Source: an uncultured SAR86 cluster bacterium
GTDB lineage: Bacteria > Pseudomonadota > Gammaproteobacteria > Magnimaribacterales > D2472
Assembly (NCBI GenBank): GCA_902559885.1
Contig: CACEJU010000004.1
Coordinates: 4,526 to 68,525 of the forward strand
Length of the DNA: 64,000 nt
Reading direction: 5' to 3'
Of this stretch, positions 51,270 through 59,390 are shown in pieces. The first letter of the stretch is position 1; the number at the start of each line of letters is the position of its first letter. The translations under genes were made by a program, and so were the position numbers. Under the pieces are notes generated by a model. The model was not told where the DNA came from, searched no databases, and saw nothing but the letters and a program-made list of their open reading frames with translations.

Positions 51270-51700
51270 TGAAAAATAAAAAAAATAAAGGATTTAGCTT
51301 AATTGAATTGATGGCAGTTGTTGTAATAATAGGTATCTTAGCTTCTATAGTTGTTGTTAATGTTGCTCCAATATTTCAAAGAGCGTACCTTGAAAAAATT
51401 AGAGCTGATATAACTCAAGTTTCAAAAGCCCTTGAGTTATATAGATTCAATGAGATGACATACCCTTCAACAGACCAAGGCCTTGATGCTCTTGTGAAGC
51501 CTCATACTGATTTAAAGAATCCCTTTTTATTTCCAGAAAATGGTTACATCTCCTCATTGCCATTAGATCCATGGGGAAGACAATATATCTATGAATATCC
51601 TCCAAATAAATCTAATTCCTATGATTTATATACATTGGGCGCAGATGGTATAGAAGGTGGCACAGGTGAAAATACCGATTTTGGTAACTGGATGCAATAA
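51269..51700 (+). CDS. gspG: Major pseudopilin G
   Basis: KGFSLIELM prepilin site; YPSTDQGLDALV, DPWGRQY and GADG motifs. Confidence 0.95.
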   Translation: MKNKKNKGFSLIELMAVVVIIGILASIVVVNVAPIFQRAYLEKIRADITQVSKALELYRFNEMTYPSTDQGLDALVKPHTDLKNPFLFPENGYISSLPLDPWGRQYIYEYPPNKSNSYDLYTLGADGIEGGTGENTDFGNWMQ

Positions 51701-52187
51701 GCTCAACAAGGGTTTTACTTTAATTGAGCTTCTGGTCTCAATAATTATTATTGGACTTATATCATCAATAGTTTTTATTAATTTTTCAGTTGTAGATTCT
51801 TTTGAAAAAAATACAAACTCTTTGAAATCTTCATTTAATTATTTATCGGAAGAGAGTATGTTATCTGGCTCTATGATTGGTTGGTATGCAAATAATAAAT
51901 CAGCAAAAGCTTTTTACTTAACAAACTCAGGAGATAGAATTGTTGAAAGAAATTTATATTTGCCAAAATCTAATTGGGACAATTGGGAAAATGATAAAAA
52001 AATTTTTATTTCACCTGAGGGTATCGAAACTATTATTGAAAATGAGTTTGTTCCAAAACCATACTTAATTTTTTTTCCAGACGGTCAAAACTCAGGCGGG
52101 GTATTAAATATCGAATTTGATTCTGAGTTATATACAATTCAAATTGATAAAAATGGAACTATTAAAACAAAATATGAAAGATACTAA
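51657..52187 (+). CDS. gspH: Minor pseudopilin H
   Basis: KGFTLIELL prepilin site; FFPDG; position in cluster; start codon uncertain. Confidence 0.8.
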   Translation: MAQVKIPILVTGCNKLNKGFTLIELLVSIIIIGLISSIVFINFSVVDSFEKNTNSLKSSFNYLSEESMLSGSMIGWYANNKSAKAFYLTNSGDRIVERNLYLPKSNWDNWENDKKIFISPEGIETIIENEFVPKPYLIFFPDGQNSGGVLNIEFDSELYTIQIDKNGTIKTKYERY

Positions 52188-52530
52188 TGGCTTTAGCTTA
52201 ATAGAAGTAGTTGTTGCTTTGTTGATATTTTCTTTATCAGTTATAACAATTTATCAACTTATAACCTCAACAAGCATATCAATTTTTAATCTTGAAGATC
52301 GATTTCTAGCAAAGGAGGTAGCAAACAATAGAATCTCTCTCATTAACACTATAGAAAAACCTATAAATAAACAGCCAAGAAACGGTGTTATGAACATGGG
52401 GGGCAAAAATTGGTATTGGAAAGAAGAGTTTACTTCATCATATTCTGCAGAGGTTTTTGAATTTGAAATTATTATTAGCGATTCACAAAGCAAGCCAATA
52501 TATAAAGTGAATGGATATATAAATGAATAA
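52174..52530 (+). CDS. gspI: Minor pseudopilin I
   Basis: NGFSLIEVVVAL; MGGKNWYW. Start moved to ATG 52174; 52153 is an alternative. Confidence 0.87.
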   Translation: MKDTNGFSLIEVVVALLIFSLSVITIYQLITSTSISIFNLEDRFLAKEVANNRISLINTIEKPINKQPRNGVMNMGGKNWYWKEEFTSSYSAEVFEFEIIISDSQSKPIYKVNGYINE

Positions 52531-53116
52531 AGGCTTTACATTAATTGAGATAATAATTTCATTAATTATTTTATCTATAATACTTTTAATATCATCAAAC
52601 TTACTCAAATCATCTATCAACTATCAAGAGGCTACAAATTTAAAACTAAAAAAAATCAATGAATTAAATTTAGCTTCGACTATTATTAGAAGAGATTTAA
52701 GACAAGCAGTAAATGTTCCTAGTAGAGATTTTTTTGGAAACAAAGAGAAGGGAACTTTTAATGGGGATTATGCAAATAAGAGCGTTTCATTTAATTCATA
52801 TATAAACGATATTTCAATTAATACCTCTCCAATAAAAAAAATATTATATTTTTCAGATGATAATACTCTTTATAGGAGACAGTATTTTTCTTCCAGCCCA
52901 TATAAAACTGACGATTATTTTGAATCAGCACTTATTAGTAATGTTTCTGATGTCACTTTTACCTATATGCATGAGAGAAGATGGCATAATTCGTGGCCCG
53001 TAGGAGAGATTACATCAAGAAAAATACCATCATTGGTTAGAGTTGATTTTAAAATCAATAATAATGACTATTACTGGTTAATTGAACCAGATATTAATAA
53101 TGTATATCAGCAATAA
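52523..53116 (+). CDS. gspJ: Minor pseudopilin J
   Basis: KGFTLIEII; RRDLRQAV; WHNSWP. Confidence 0.87.
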   Translation: MNKGFTLIEIIISLIILSIILLISSNLLKSSINYQEATNLKLKKINELNLASTIIRRDLRQAVNVPSRDFFGNKEKGTFNGDYANKSVSFNSYINDISINTSPIKKILYFSDDNTLYRRQYFSSSPYKTDDYFESALISNVSDVTFTYMHERRWHNSWPVGEITSRKIPSLVRVDFKINNNDYYWLIEPDINNVYQQ

Positions 53117-54074
53117 AAATAAAGGAGTGGTTTTATTATCAGTTCTGATGGTAATTTTACTGTTATCATCAATTGCAGCATACCTTGGTAATAAATATTT
53201 TATTTCGCTTAAAAGATTTGCCTATTTAGAATATCAAACTCATGCTATCAATTATTATAGAGGCGTAGAATCAATCTCAATAAATAGGATAAAAGAAGAA
53301 ATTGATGCTAATAAAAAATATTTACCTAGAAACCATCCTCTTTTAAATGATACATTTTCTTATGAAGCTAATAATGGCTTTATAAAAACTACTGTTAAAG
53401 ATATCTCAAATTGTATCAATGTTAATAGCTTAGTAAGATTAGAAAACAATCAATTAAAAGATAATTCCGAAAACATTAAAAGAGTTAAAAAGCTATTTGA
53501 TTTATTAGAAATTGATGAAATTTATGCAAATGAATTTATAGATCAGGCCATTGATTGGATTGATAAAGATTCAGACCCAAGACCATATGGTCTCGAGGAC
53601 TATTACTACACAGGACCTCTAGTTAATCCAAAGCATTATTCAGGCATGAGGTATTTTTATGATCTAAATGAGTTGAAGTCGCTCCCTGTTTCACGAATTA
53701 TTGGTTGGAATCATATAGTAGAAAACTTTTGTGCTCTACCTATAACTGAGAGGTCTTACATAAATATAAATACTTTTAAAAAAGGTGAGGGCATCATGCT
53801 TGCTTCGGCTTTTGAGGAATTAAGTATAGATGATGCTGAATATGTAATATTTAATATGCCTGAGGAGGGCTTTGATGAATTAAATACATTTTTTAATAAT
53901 TTTTCAAATATTGATTTTGGTGATGTTTATACTGATATAAATTTTTCTACAAATAAATTTTTATTAGTATCAGAGTTAATTACAGATGAGTTTAATTCAA
54001 AATCTCAAATAACAATTTACTATGGTAACAATAAGAATGGAGATATTCTTGCAAGAACATATAATGGTATTTAA
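53100..54074 (+). CDS. gspK: Minor pseudopilin K
   Basis: KGVVLLSVL (no Glu5); CINVNSL, IDWIDKD, CALP...ININT. Start moved to ATG 53100. Confidence 0.88.
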   Translation: MYISNKNKGVVLLSVLMVILLLSSIAAYLGNKYFISLKRFAYLEYQTHAINYYRGVESISINRIKEEIDANKKYLPRNHPLLNDTFSYEANNGFIKTTVKDISNCINVNSLVRLENNQLKDNSENIKRVKKLFDLLEIDEIYANEFIDQAIDWIDKDSDPRPYGLEDYYYTGPLVNPKHYSGMRYFYDLNELKSLPVSRIIGWNHIVENFCALPITERSYININTFKKGEGIMLASAFEELSIDDAEYVIFNMPEEGFDELNTFFNNFSNIDFGDVYTDINFSTNKFLLVSELITDEFNSKSQITIYYGNNKNGDILARTYNGI

Positions 54075-55168
54075 TGAATATATTTATAACTAAATTTTTA
54101 AACAAAAATTTTGATCAGATTGAATTATTTCAGTCAGAATCGAATGAAGTTTATAAGACAGATTTAGCAGGCTTAGCTGAATGCATTGATAGTTATGCGA
54201 CTTTAATATTTCTGCTGCCTTGTTCTAAATACTCAACATATGAATTTGAATATGATTCTTCTTTATCTCATAACATTAATGAATCAAATTTCATTTCAGA
54301 AATTGATTCTTATGTAGTTAATGATATATCAACTCAAAATATAGTATTTAACAACAATCAAGCATTTTTAATTGATAGAGACTTTCTTGACTCTATTAAT
54401 ACTGCATTAAGCAATGTAAATGCAAAAATTTACTTAATTCCAGAACACTTAACACTATCAGATCAAATTAAAGAATTTAATCTTGAATTAGAAGATGAGC
54501 ATTTAATAATTTCTAATGGGATACCTCTAAGAATATCTAAAGAAATGCTAAGTAGTAATTCTTTGTTTGCTGATCTAAACAAAATCAGCGCCGTTAAGGT
54601 CGAAGACTACTTTGATCAAAAATTTATTAGCGATCTTATAGCCAACCTCAATAAATTACCAAATATATTTAAATTTGATATATCTATAAGGTCTTTAAAA
54701 TTACATTTAGGTATTTCAAAAAAACTTTTTTATGGTTTAGTAGCATCATTATTATTAATATTCTTCATTCCTTTCGGAATTTCAGCTTTGGCAGAAAAAA
54801 AACATGATGAGTATAAACAGGGCATATATCAAATTTTTAGGGCTCTTGATTACAACTCAACAAATATATCTAATCCTAAAAGGCAAGCAGACTTGATTGC
54901 TGATAATTTTGACTTATCTCAACAAAATACATTTCAAATGCCTAATTTAGAATTCATTGAGAGATTTGGTGTTGAAAATGTTTATAGGATTAATATTCAA
55001 CCAATTGATGGAACAGCAAAAATTTATATAAAAGATTTTCCATCAAATCAACTTAGTGCATTATTAGCAGTATCATCATCTTTTGATATTAATATTTTAG
55101 AAAGAAATATAAATACTGAAAGCGGCTTATCTAGCGGCTTTATTTTGATAGGGACAGATAATGTTTAA
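54074..55168 (+). CDS. gspL: Probable type II secretion protein L (divergent)
   Basis: Position after gspK; cytoplasmic domain, one TM, periplasmic tail; weak sequence support. Confidence 0.6.
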   Translation: MNIFITKFLNKNFDQIELFQSESNEVYKTDLAGLAECIDSYATLIFLLPCSKYSTYEFEYDSSLSHNINESNFISEIDSYVVNDISTQNIVFNNNQAFLIDRDFLDSINTALSNVNAKIYLIPEHLTLSDQIKEFNLELEDEHLIISNGIPLRISKEMLSSNSLFADLNKISAVKVEDYFDQKFISDLIANLNKLPNIFKFDISIRSLKLHLGISKKLFYGLVASLLLIFFIPFGISALAEKKHDEYKQGIYQIFRALDYNSTNISNPKRQADLIADNFDLSQQNTFQMPNLEFIERFGVENVYRINIQPIDGTAKIYIKDFPSNQLSALLAVSSSFDINILERNINTESGLSSGFILIGTDNV

Positions 55169-55607
55169 TATTTCGTCCCTAAAGCCAAGAGAAAAATTTT
55201 TATTATTAATTATGATGTCTTTGATTGCTTTTATACTAATATTTTTTATTGCAAATAATGCCTTTAGTAGGCTTGCATCTTCTCAAGATAAATTGACATC
55301 TATTCAATCAGATTATGAGCATGTTCTAAAACGATATCAGCAGATTGAGAGATCAATAAATACAGAGATCTCTCAAGATAAGACAAAGCTTTTAGAAGCC
55401 CTTAAGACTTATATAGCGACTACAAATGTTAATTTAAATACTATAGATATAATTGAAAGCAATTTAGTTTTAAAAGTAACTTCGCCAGATATTGATAACT
55501 CTATTCAATTCATAAATAACATAGGCAGCAAATACAATCTAAAAATTTCAAGTATAGAATTACAAAGGGAAGGTCAAAAAATAGAACTAGAATTAGTTAT
55601 AAGTTAG
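55161..55607 (+). CDS. gspM: Probable type II secretion protein M
   Basis: LKPREKFLL followed by a TM and coiled region; position after gspL. Confidence 0.7.
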   Translation: MFNISSLKPREKFLLLIMMSLIAFILIFFIANNAFSRLASSQDKLTSIQSDYEHVLKRYQQIERSINTEISQDKTKLLEALKTYIATTNVNLNTIDIIESNLVLKVTSPDIDNSIQFINNIGSKYNLKISSIELQREGQKIELELVIS

Positions 55608-56470
55608 TTTTTTTTATTTTGTATCTCTATTTTTTTTGAGTATAACTCATGAAAGAGCTTTACAGCTATTGAATCTGAGACACCCCATTTAGTTGATTTA
55701 ATTTTTGTAATATTTGTACACTCAATAATTTTTTTGAATATCTCTAATGCATTATCAATAACATCAGCTCGATCAGGCGATAAATTTAATTTTTTTATTT
55801 TATTATCAGTAGAAAAATTAGTCAGCTCTGAATATTTATTCATGAACACATCGCTTGACATAGAGTCTTCATTGAAGATATTTAAAAAAGTTCTTATGTT
55901 TCCGCCTAATCCTATAAGTTTTTTTGGTAGCCTATTATTATGTAACCAGCTTTCAAGTTTATTCCATTCATTTTCTAGATCTTTTTTGTGTAACATTCTC
56001 ACTGCACCAAGCTGAAATGATTTAATTTTAATTTTTCCATTTTTATAAAAAAATAATTCAGTACTGCCACCACCTACATCAACAAAAATTTTATTTTCAC
56101 TATTTTCTGATTTTGGATGAAATCTTATTAATTTGGCCTCCTCAAGCCCTGAAATAATTCTTATAGGATGCTCAATTTCATTTTCTACATACCTTCGCGC
56201 ATCTTCAGAATTTGAAGTATCCCTGAAAGCTGATGTCGCCACGATTTCAAAATGTTTAATATTGTTTTTTTCAAAATATTGCTCATATTTTTTTAGAGTA
56301 TCTACTAGTTTATTTAATGTTGTTTGTGACAGGTAACCATTTTGAAAAACCTCAGTACCTAATCTAATGGGAGTCCTTATACCATCCAAAAAATTAATTG
56401 ATGTTGGAGTTGTATCAAAAATCTTCGACTTAACGGCGTTTGTTCCTATATCAACTGCAGCTATCTTCAT
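55604..56470 (-). CDS. ppx: Ppx/GppA-family exopolyphosphatase, short form
   Basis: AAVDIGTNAVK, ATSAFRD, ISGLEEA, DVGGGSTE and DRADVI motifs; no C-terminal HD domain. Confidence 0.9.
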   Translation of the reverse strand: MKIAAVDIGTNAVKSKIFDTTPTSINFLDGIRTPIRLGTEVFQNGYLSQTTLNKLVDTLKKYEQYFEKNNIKHFEIVATSAFRDTSNSEDARRYVENEIEHPIRIISGLEEAKLIRFHPKSENSENKIFVDVGGGSTELFFYKNGKIKIKSFQLGAVRMLHKKDLENEWNKLESWLHNNRLPKKLIGLGGNIRTFLNIFNEDSMSSDVFMNKYSELTNFSTDNKIKKLNLSPDRADVIDNALEIFKKIIECTNITKIKSTKWGVSDSIAVKLFHELYSKKIEIQNKKN

Positions 56471-57309
56471 TATGTATCATCACTATATTTTGTAAGTATC
56501 GTATACTGGTCATAATTTAAATTTTCAAACCTTACACCCTCAATTTTTGCAGTGTAATTCGCAATATTTTCTGACCATTTGAGAGGTTTTAATAATTTTT
56601 TATTTTCATAGTCAGTTTTATTTAGAAAATATCTTAAAGCTGTCAGTCTTGCTATCATTTTATTATTTGAATTAATAATCACCCATGGTGAATTATCTCT
56701 ACCTGTTTTTTTAAACATTCGATCTTTATAAAGGGTAAACACATCCCACTTATCCATGATTTTTTTATCATTTTCAGAAAGTTTCCAATATTTTAATTCA
56801 GAGAGCTCTCTAGCATTAATTCTTCTTTCTTGCTGATCTTTAGAAAGTGAAAAATAAAATTTAATAATTTCTGTACCATTTTTTATTAAATCATCTTCCC
56901 ATTTATTAACTTTTGACATGAAATATTTATATTGATTCTCGGTGCAATAACCCATAACAGGTTCAATGACCGACCTTGTGTACCAAGACCTATCTAAAAA
57001 TGCAATTTCTCCATTATGAGGGAGAACTTTTTCCCATCTTTGGAACCAGTGACTTGATTCCCATTTAGTTGGAATTCCTAAATGTACATATTTAAAATTC
57101 TTAGGAATTAAATACTCAGAGAAAAGTTTTATTGCAGAGCTTTTTCCAGCAGTATCTCTTCCTTCAAAGATAACACACAGCTTTCTGTTGTTTTTTATCA
57201 CATCCTCTTGCAACTTTAAGAGCTCAATTTGCAATCTTCTTTTTTCAAGAGAATAGGCTTTATCATCTAGTTTCTTATATTCTCTTTGATCAAGTTCTGT
57301 AATGCGCAT
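56470..57309 (-). CDS. ppk2: Polyphosphate kinase 2
   Basis: FEGRDTAGK Walker A; DRSWY; VMGYCT; WKLS. Confidence 0.93.
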   Translation of the reverse strand: MRITELDQREYKKLDDKAYSLEKRRLQIELLKLQEDVIKNNRKLCVIFEGRDTAGKSSAIKLFSEYLIPKNFKYVHLGIPTKWESSHWFQRWEKVLPHNGEIAFLDRSWYTRSVIEPVMGYCTENQYKYFMSKVNKWEDDLIKNGTEIIKFYFSLSKDQQERRINARELSELKYWKLSENDKKIMDKWDVFTLYKDRMFKKTGRDNSPWVIINSNNKMIARLTALRYFLNKTDYENKKLLKPLKWSENIANYTAKIEGVRFENLNYDQYTILTKYSDDT

Positions 57310-57356
57310 GTTTTAATATTAATGTAAATAATAATTGGTATTAAAAAAATATTATT

Positions 57357-57376
57357 TTTTAACGTAAATGTAACAT
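57357..57376 (+). promoter_or_regulatory. Pho-box-like repeat in the ppk2/pit divergent region
   Basis: TTTTAAC (57357) and ATGTAAC (57368), 11 bp apart. Confidence 0.45.
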
Positions 57377-57416
57377 TTAAATATAAAATAGATAGTAATT
57401 AAATTATTTCTTTATT

Positions 57417-58667
57417 ATGGAATCATTATTTATCGATCCTTACCTTCTTTTTTTGATTGCTGGGATTGTTGGTTTCTTCATGGCCTTCGGTATTGGTGCT
57501 AACGATGTTGCTAATGCTATGGGTACATCAGTTGGTAGTAAAGCAATTACTTTAAAACAAGCTGTAATCATTGCGGCAATATTTGAGTTTTTAGGAGCAT
57601 TTCTTGCTGGAGGTGAAGTAACCTCAACTATAAGAAAAGGTATAGTAGATCCAACAATTTATTCTGATGATCCAAATATATTTATCATTGGTATGCTTGC
57701 ATCTCTTCTTGCTGCCGGTACCTGGCTTCTAATGGCTTCATCAAGAGGCTGGCCAGTTTCTACCACTCATACTATCGTTGGAGCTATAGTTGGTTTTGTT
57801 ATTATTTCCAAAGGTATTTCGTTTGTATCATGGGGAACAGTTTCAAATATTGCAGGAAGTTGGGTTACATCACCACTTATATCTGGATTGCTAGCATTTA
57901 TAATTTTTAAAACTGCTCAGCACTTTATTCTTAATAAATCTAATCCTGAAAATGCCGCAATTAAAGTTATACCAATTTATACATTTATAGTGGCTGTAGT
58001 TATTAGCTTAGTGACCGCAAGAAAGGGTCTTAAGCATGTTGGCATTACATGGACTGATAATGAAATTTATTTGTATACAGTTATATTTAGTATGCTTATA
58101 TCTTTTGGAACATTTATTTATTTGAAGTTCAATTCAGCTAAAATTAAAACAAATGGAGTAGAGTCAGCATTTGCTGTTTTAATGGTTGTGGCTGCATGTT
58201 CTATGGCTTTTGCACATGGATCTAATGATGTTGCTAATGCTATTGGCCCTGTTTCAGCTATTTTTTCAACTGTTAACAATGAGGGCGCGATAGGCGCAAG
58301 CTCCGCTGTTAATACAGGGGTATTATTACTTGGTGCAGTTGGAATTGTTTTTGGTTTGGCATTTCTAGGCAGGCATGTTATTAGAACAGTTGGTGAGAAA
58401 ATTACTGCATTAACCCCAAGCCTAGGGTTTTCGGCTAACCTTGCAACCTCTATGACGGTTGTTGCAGCTTCTTATATAGGTTTTCCAATTTCAACAACTC
58501 ACACTTTAGTTGGGGGAGTGATTGGTGTTGGTATTGCAAGAAGTGCAAAAGATCTTAATCTTGATTCAATAAAAAAAATAATAACCTCTTGGTTGGTTAC
58601 TATACCTATTGGCGCAGCATTTACAGTTTTATTTTTTGTTATTCTAAGATTAATTTTTGGTGTTTAA
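57417..58667 (+). CDS. pit: PiT-family inorganic phosphate transporter
   Basis: Two signature repeats GANDVANAMG and HGSNDVANAIG; PVSTTH / PISTTH. Confidence 0.95.
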   Translation: MESLFIDPYLLFLIAGIVGFFMAFGIGANDVANAMGTSVGSKAITLKQAVIIAAIFEFLGAFLAGGEVTSTIRKGIVDPTIYSDDPNIFIIGMLASLLAAGTWLLMASSRGWPVSTTHTIVGAIVGFVIISKGISFVSWGTVSNIAGSWVTSPLISGLLAFIIFKTAQHFILNKSNPENAAIKVIPIYTFIVAVVISLVTARKGLKHVGITWTDNEIYLYTVIFSMLISFGTFIYLKFNSAKIKTNGVESAFAVLMVVAACSMAFAHGSNDVANAIGPVSAIFSTVNNEGAIGASSAVNTGVLLLGAVGIVFGLAFLGRHVIRTVGEKITALTPSLGFSANLATSMTVVAASYIGFPISTTHTLVGGVIGVGIARSAKDLNLDSIKKIITSWLVTIPIGAAFTVLFFVILRLIFGV

Positions 58668-59263
58668 TTTTCTTTTGATTGCTCTATCCAGTTAAGAATA
58701 TAGGCATGTCCAGCTCTATGAGCTTCAATTTTACCAACTTCATTTAACGCACCATCTTCTTTTGCATTCAATGAAAACACTGAAAGTATAATTTGAGCTA
58801 AAACTCTAAACACTCCATCTTTATTGAAAAAAGCAGGCATTTTAATATTAGAATCTACATAAGTTTGAATGCTTTTGCCTAAAACATGAATAGAGCTTTT
58901 ATCAATAGAAGGATTCAGCGTATTCTTTAAAATTAATTCTTGAGCTTGATTATTTGTTAGAAAGTATTCATATATGATATTAGTGCACTTAAGAACAACA
59001 ACAGAGGGTTCATTAGTATAAATATCTCCATTTTTATTATCTAGTTCAGCTGCAATTTCATTAATATACTTTTCAATCAATAATTTTTTAATTTGATTAG
59101 GGTTTTGGAAAAACTTGTAAGTAGAGGTTCTTTTAAGTCCAGATATCTCTGAAATCTTCGCAATTGAAATATTTTCGACGCCACTATTTTCAATGATAGA
59201 TTCCGCTGTATCTAATATTTTCTCAATTCTAAATTTACTTCTTTTTTGTTTTGCTATGCTCAT
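58664..59263 (-). CDS. TetR/AcrR-family regulator
   Basis: KQKRSK..IEKILDTA...ISIAKISEISGLKRTSTYKFF N-terminal HTH. Confidence 0.85.
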   Translation of the reverse strand: MSIAKQKRSKFRIEKILDTAESIIENSGVENISIAKISEISGLKRTSTYKFFQNPNQIKKLLIEKYINEIAAELDNKNGDIYTNEPSVVVLKCTNIIYEYFLTNNQAQELILKNTLNPSIDKSSIHVLGKSIQTYVDSNIKMPAFFNKDGVFRVLAQIILSVFSLNAKEDGALNEVGKIEAHRAGHAYILNWIEQSKEN

Positions 59264-59304
59264 CGTCTAATTATCGACAAATGTTCCATAAAGTACAAGA
59301 TTTA

Positions 59305-59324
59305 ATGTTGCTAAATTGTTACAT
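59305..59324. promoter_or_regulatory. Possible Pho-box-like repeat (or TetR site) in the tetR/TBDR divergent region
   Basis: ATGTTGC (59305) and TTGTTAC (59316), 11 bp apart; the segment also has ATGT...ACAT inverted ends. Confidence 0.35.
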
Positions 59325-59390
59325 ATTAAGTATCTAAATGTTTCTATTTAAAAAAATAATAAGAATACATTTTTTATGAGGAATTATTAA

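Noticed and set aside
46743-54074. Type IV pilus or competence system instead of T2SS
   Set aside because: Gene order C-D-E-F-G-H-I-J-K-L-M, GspG and GspK signatures, and no PilT/PilM-Q genes here favour T2SS
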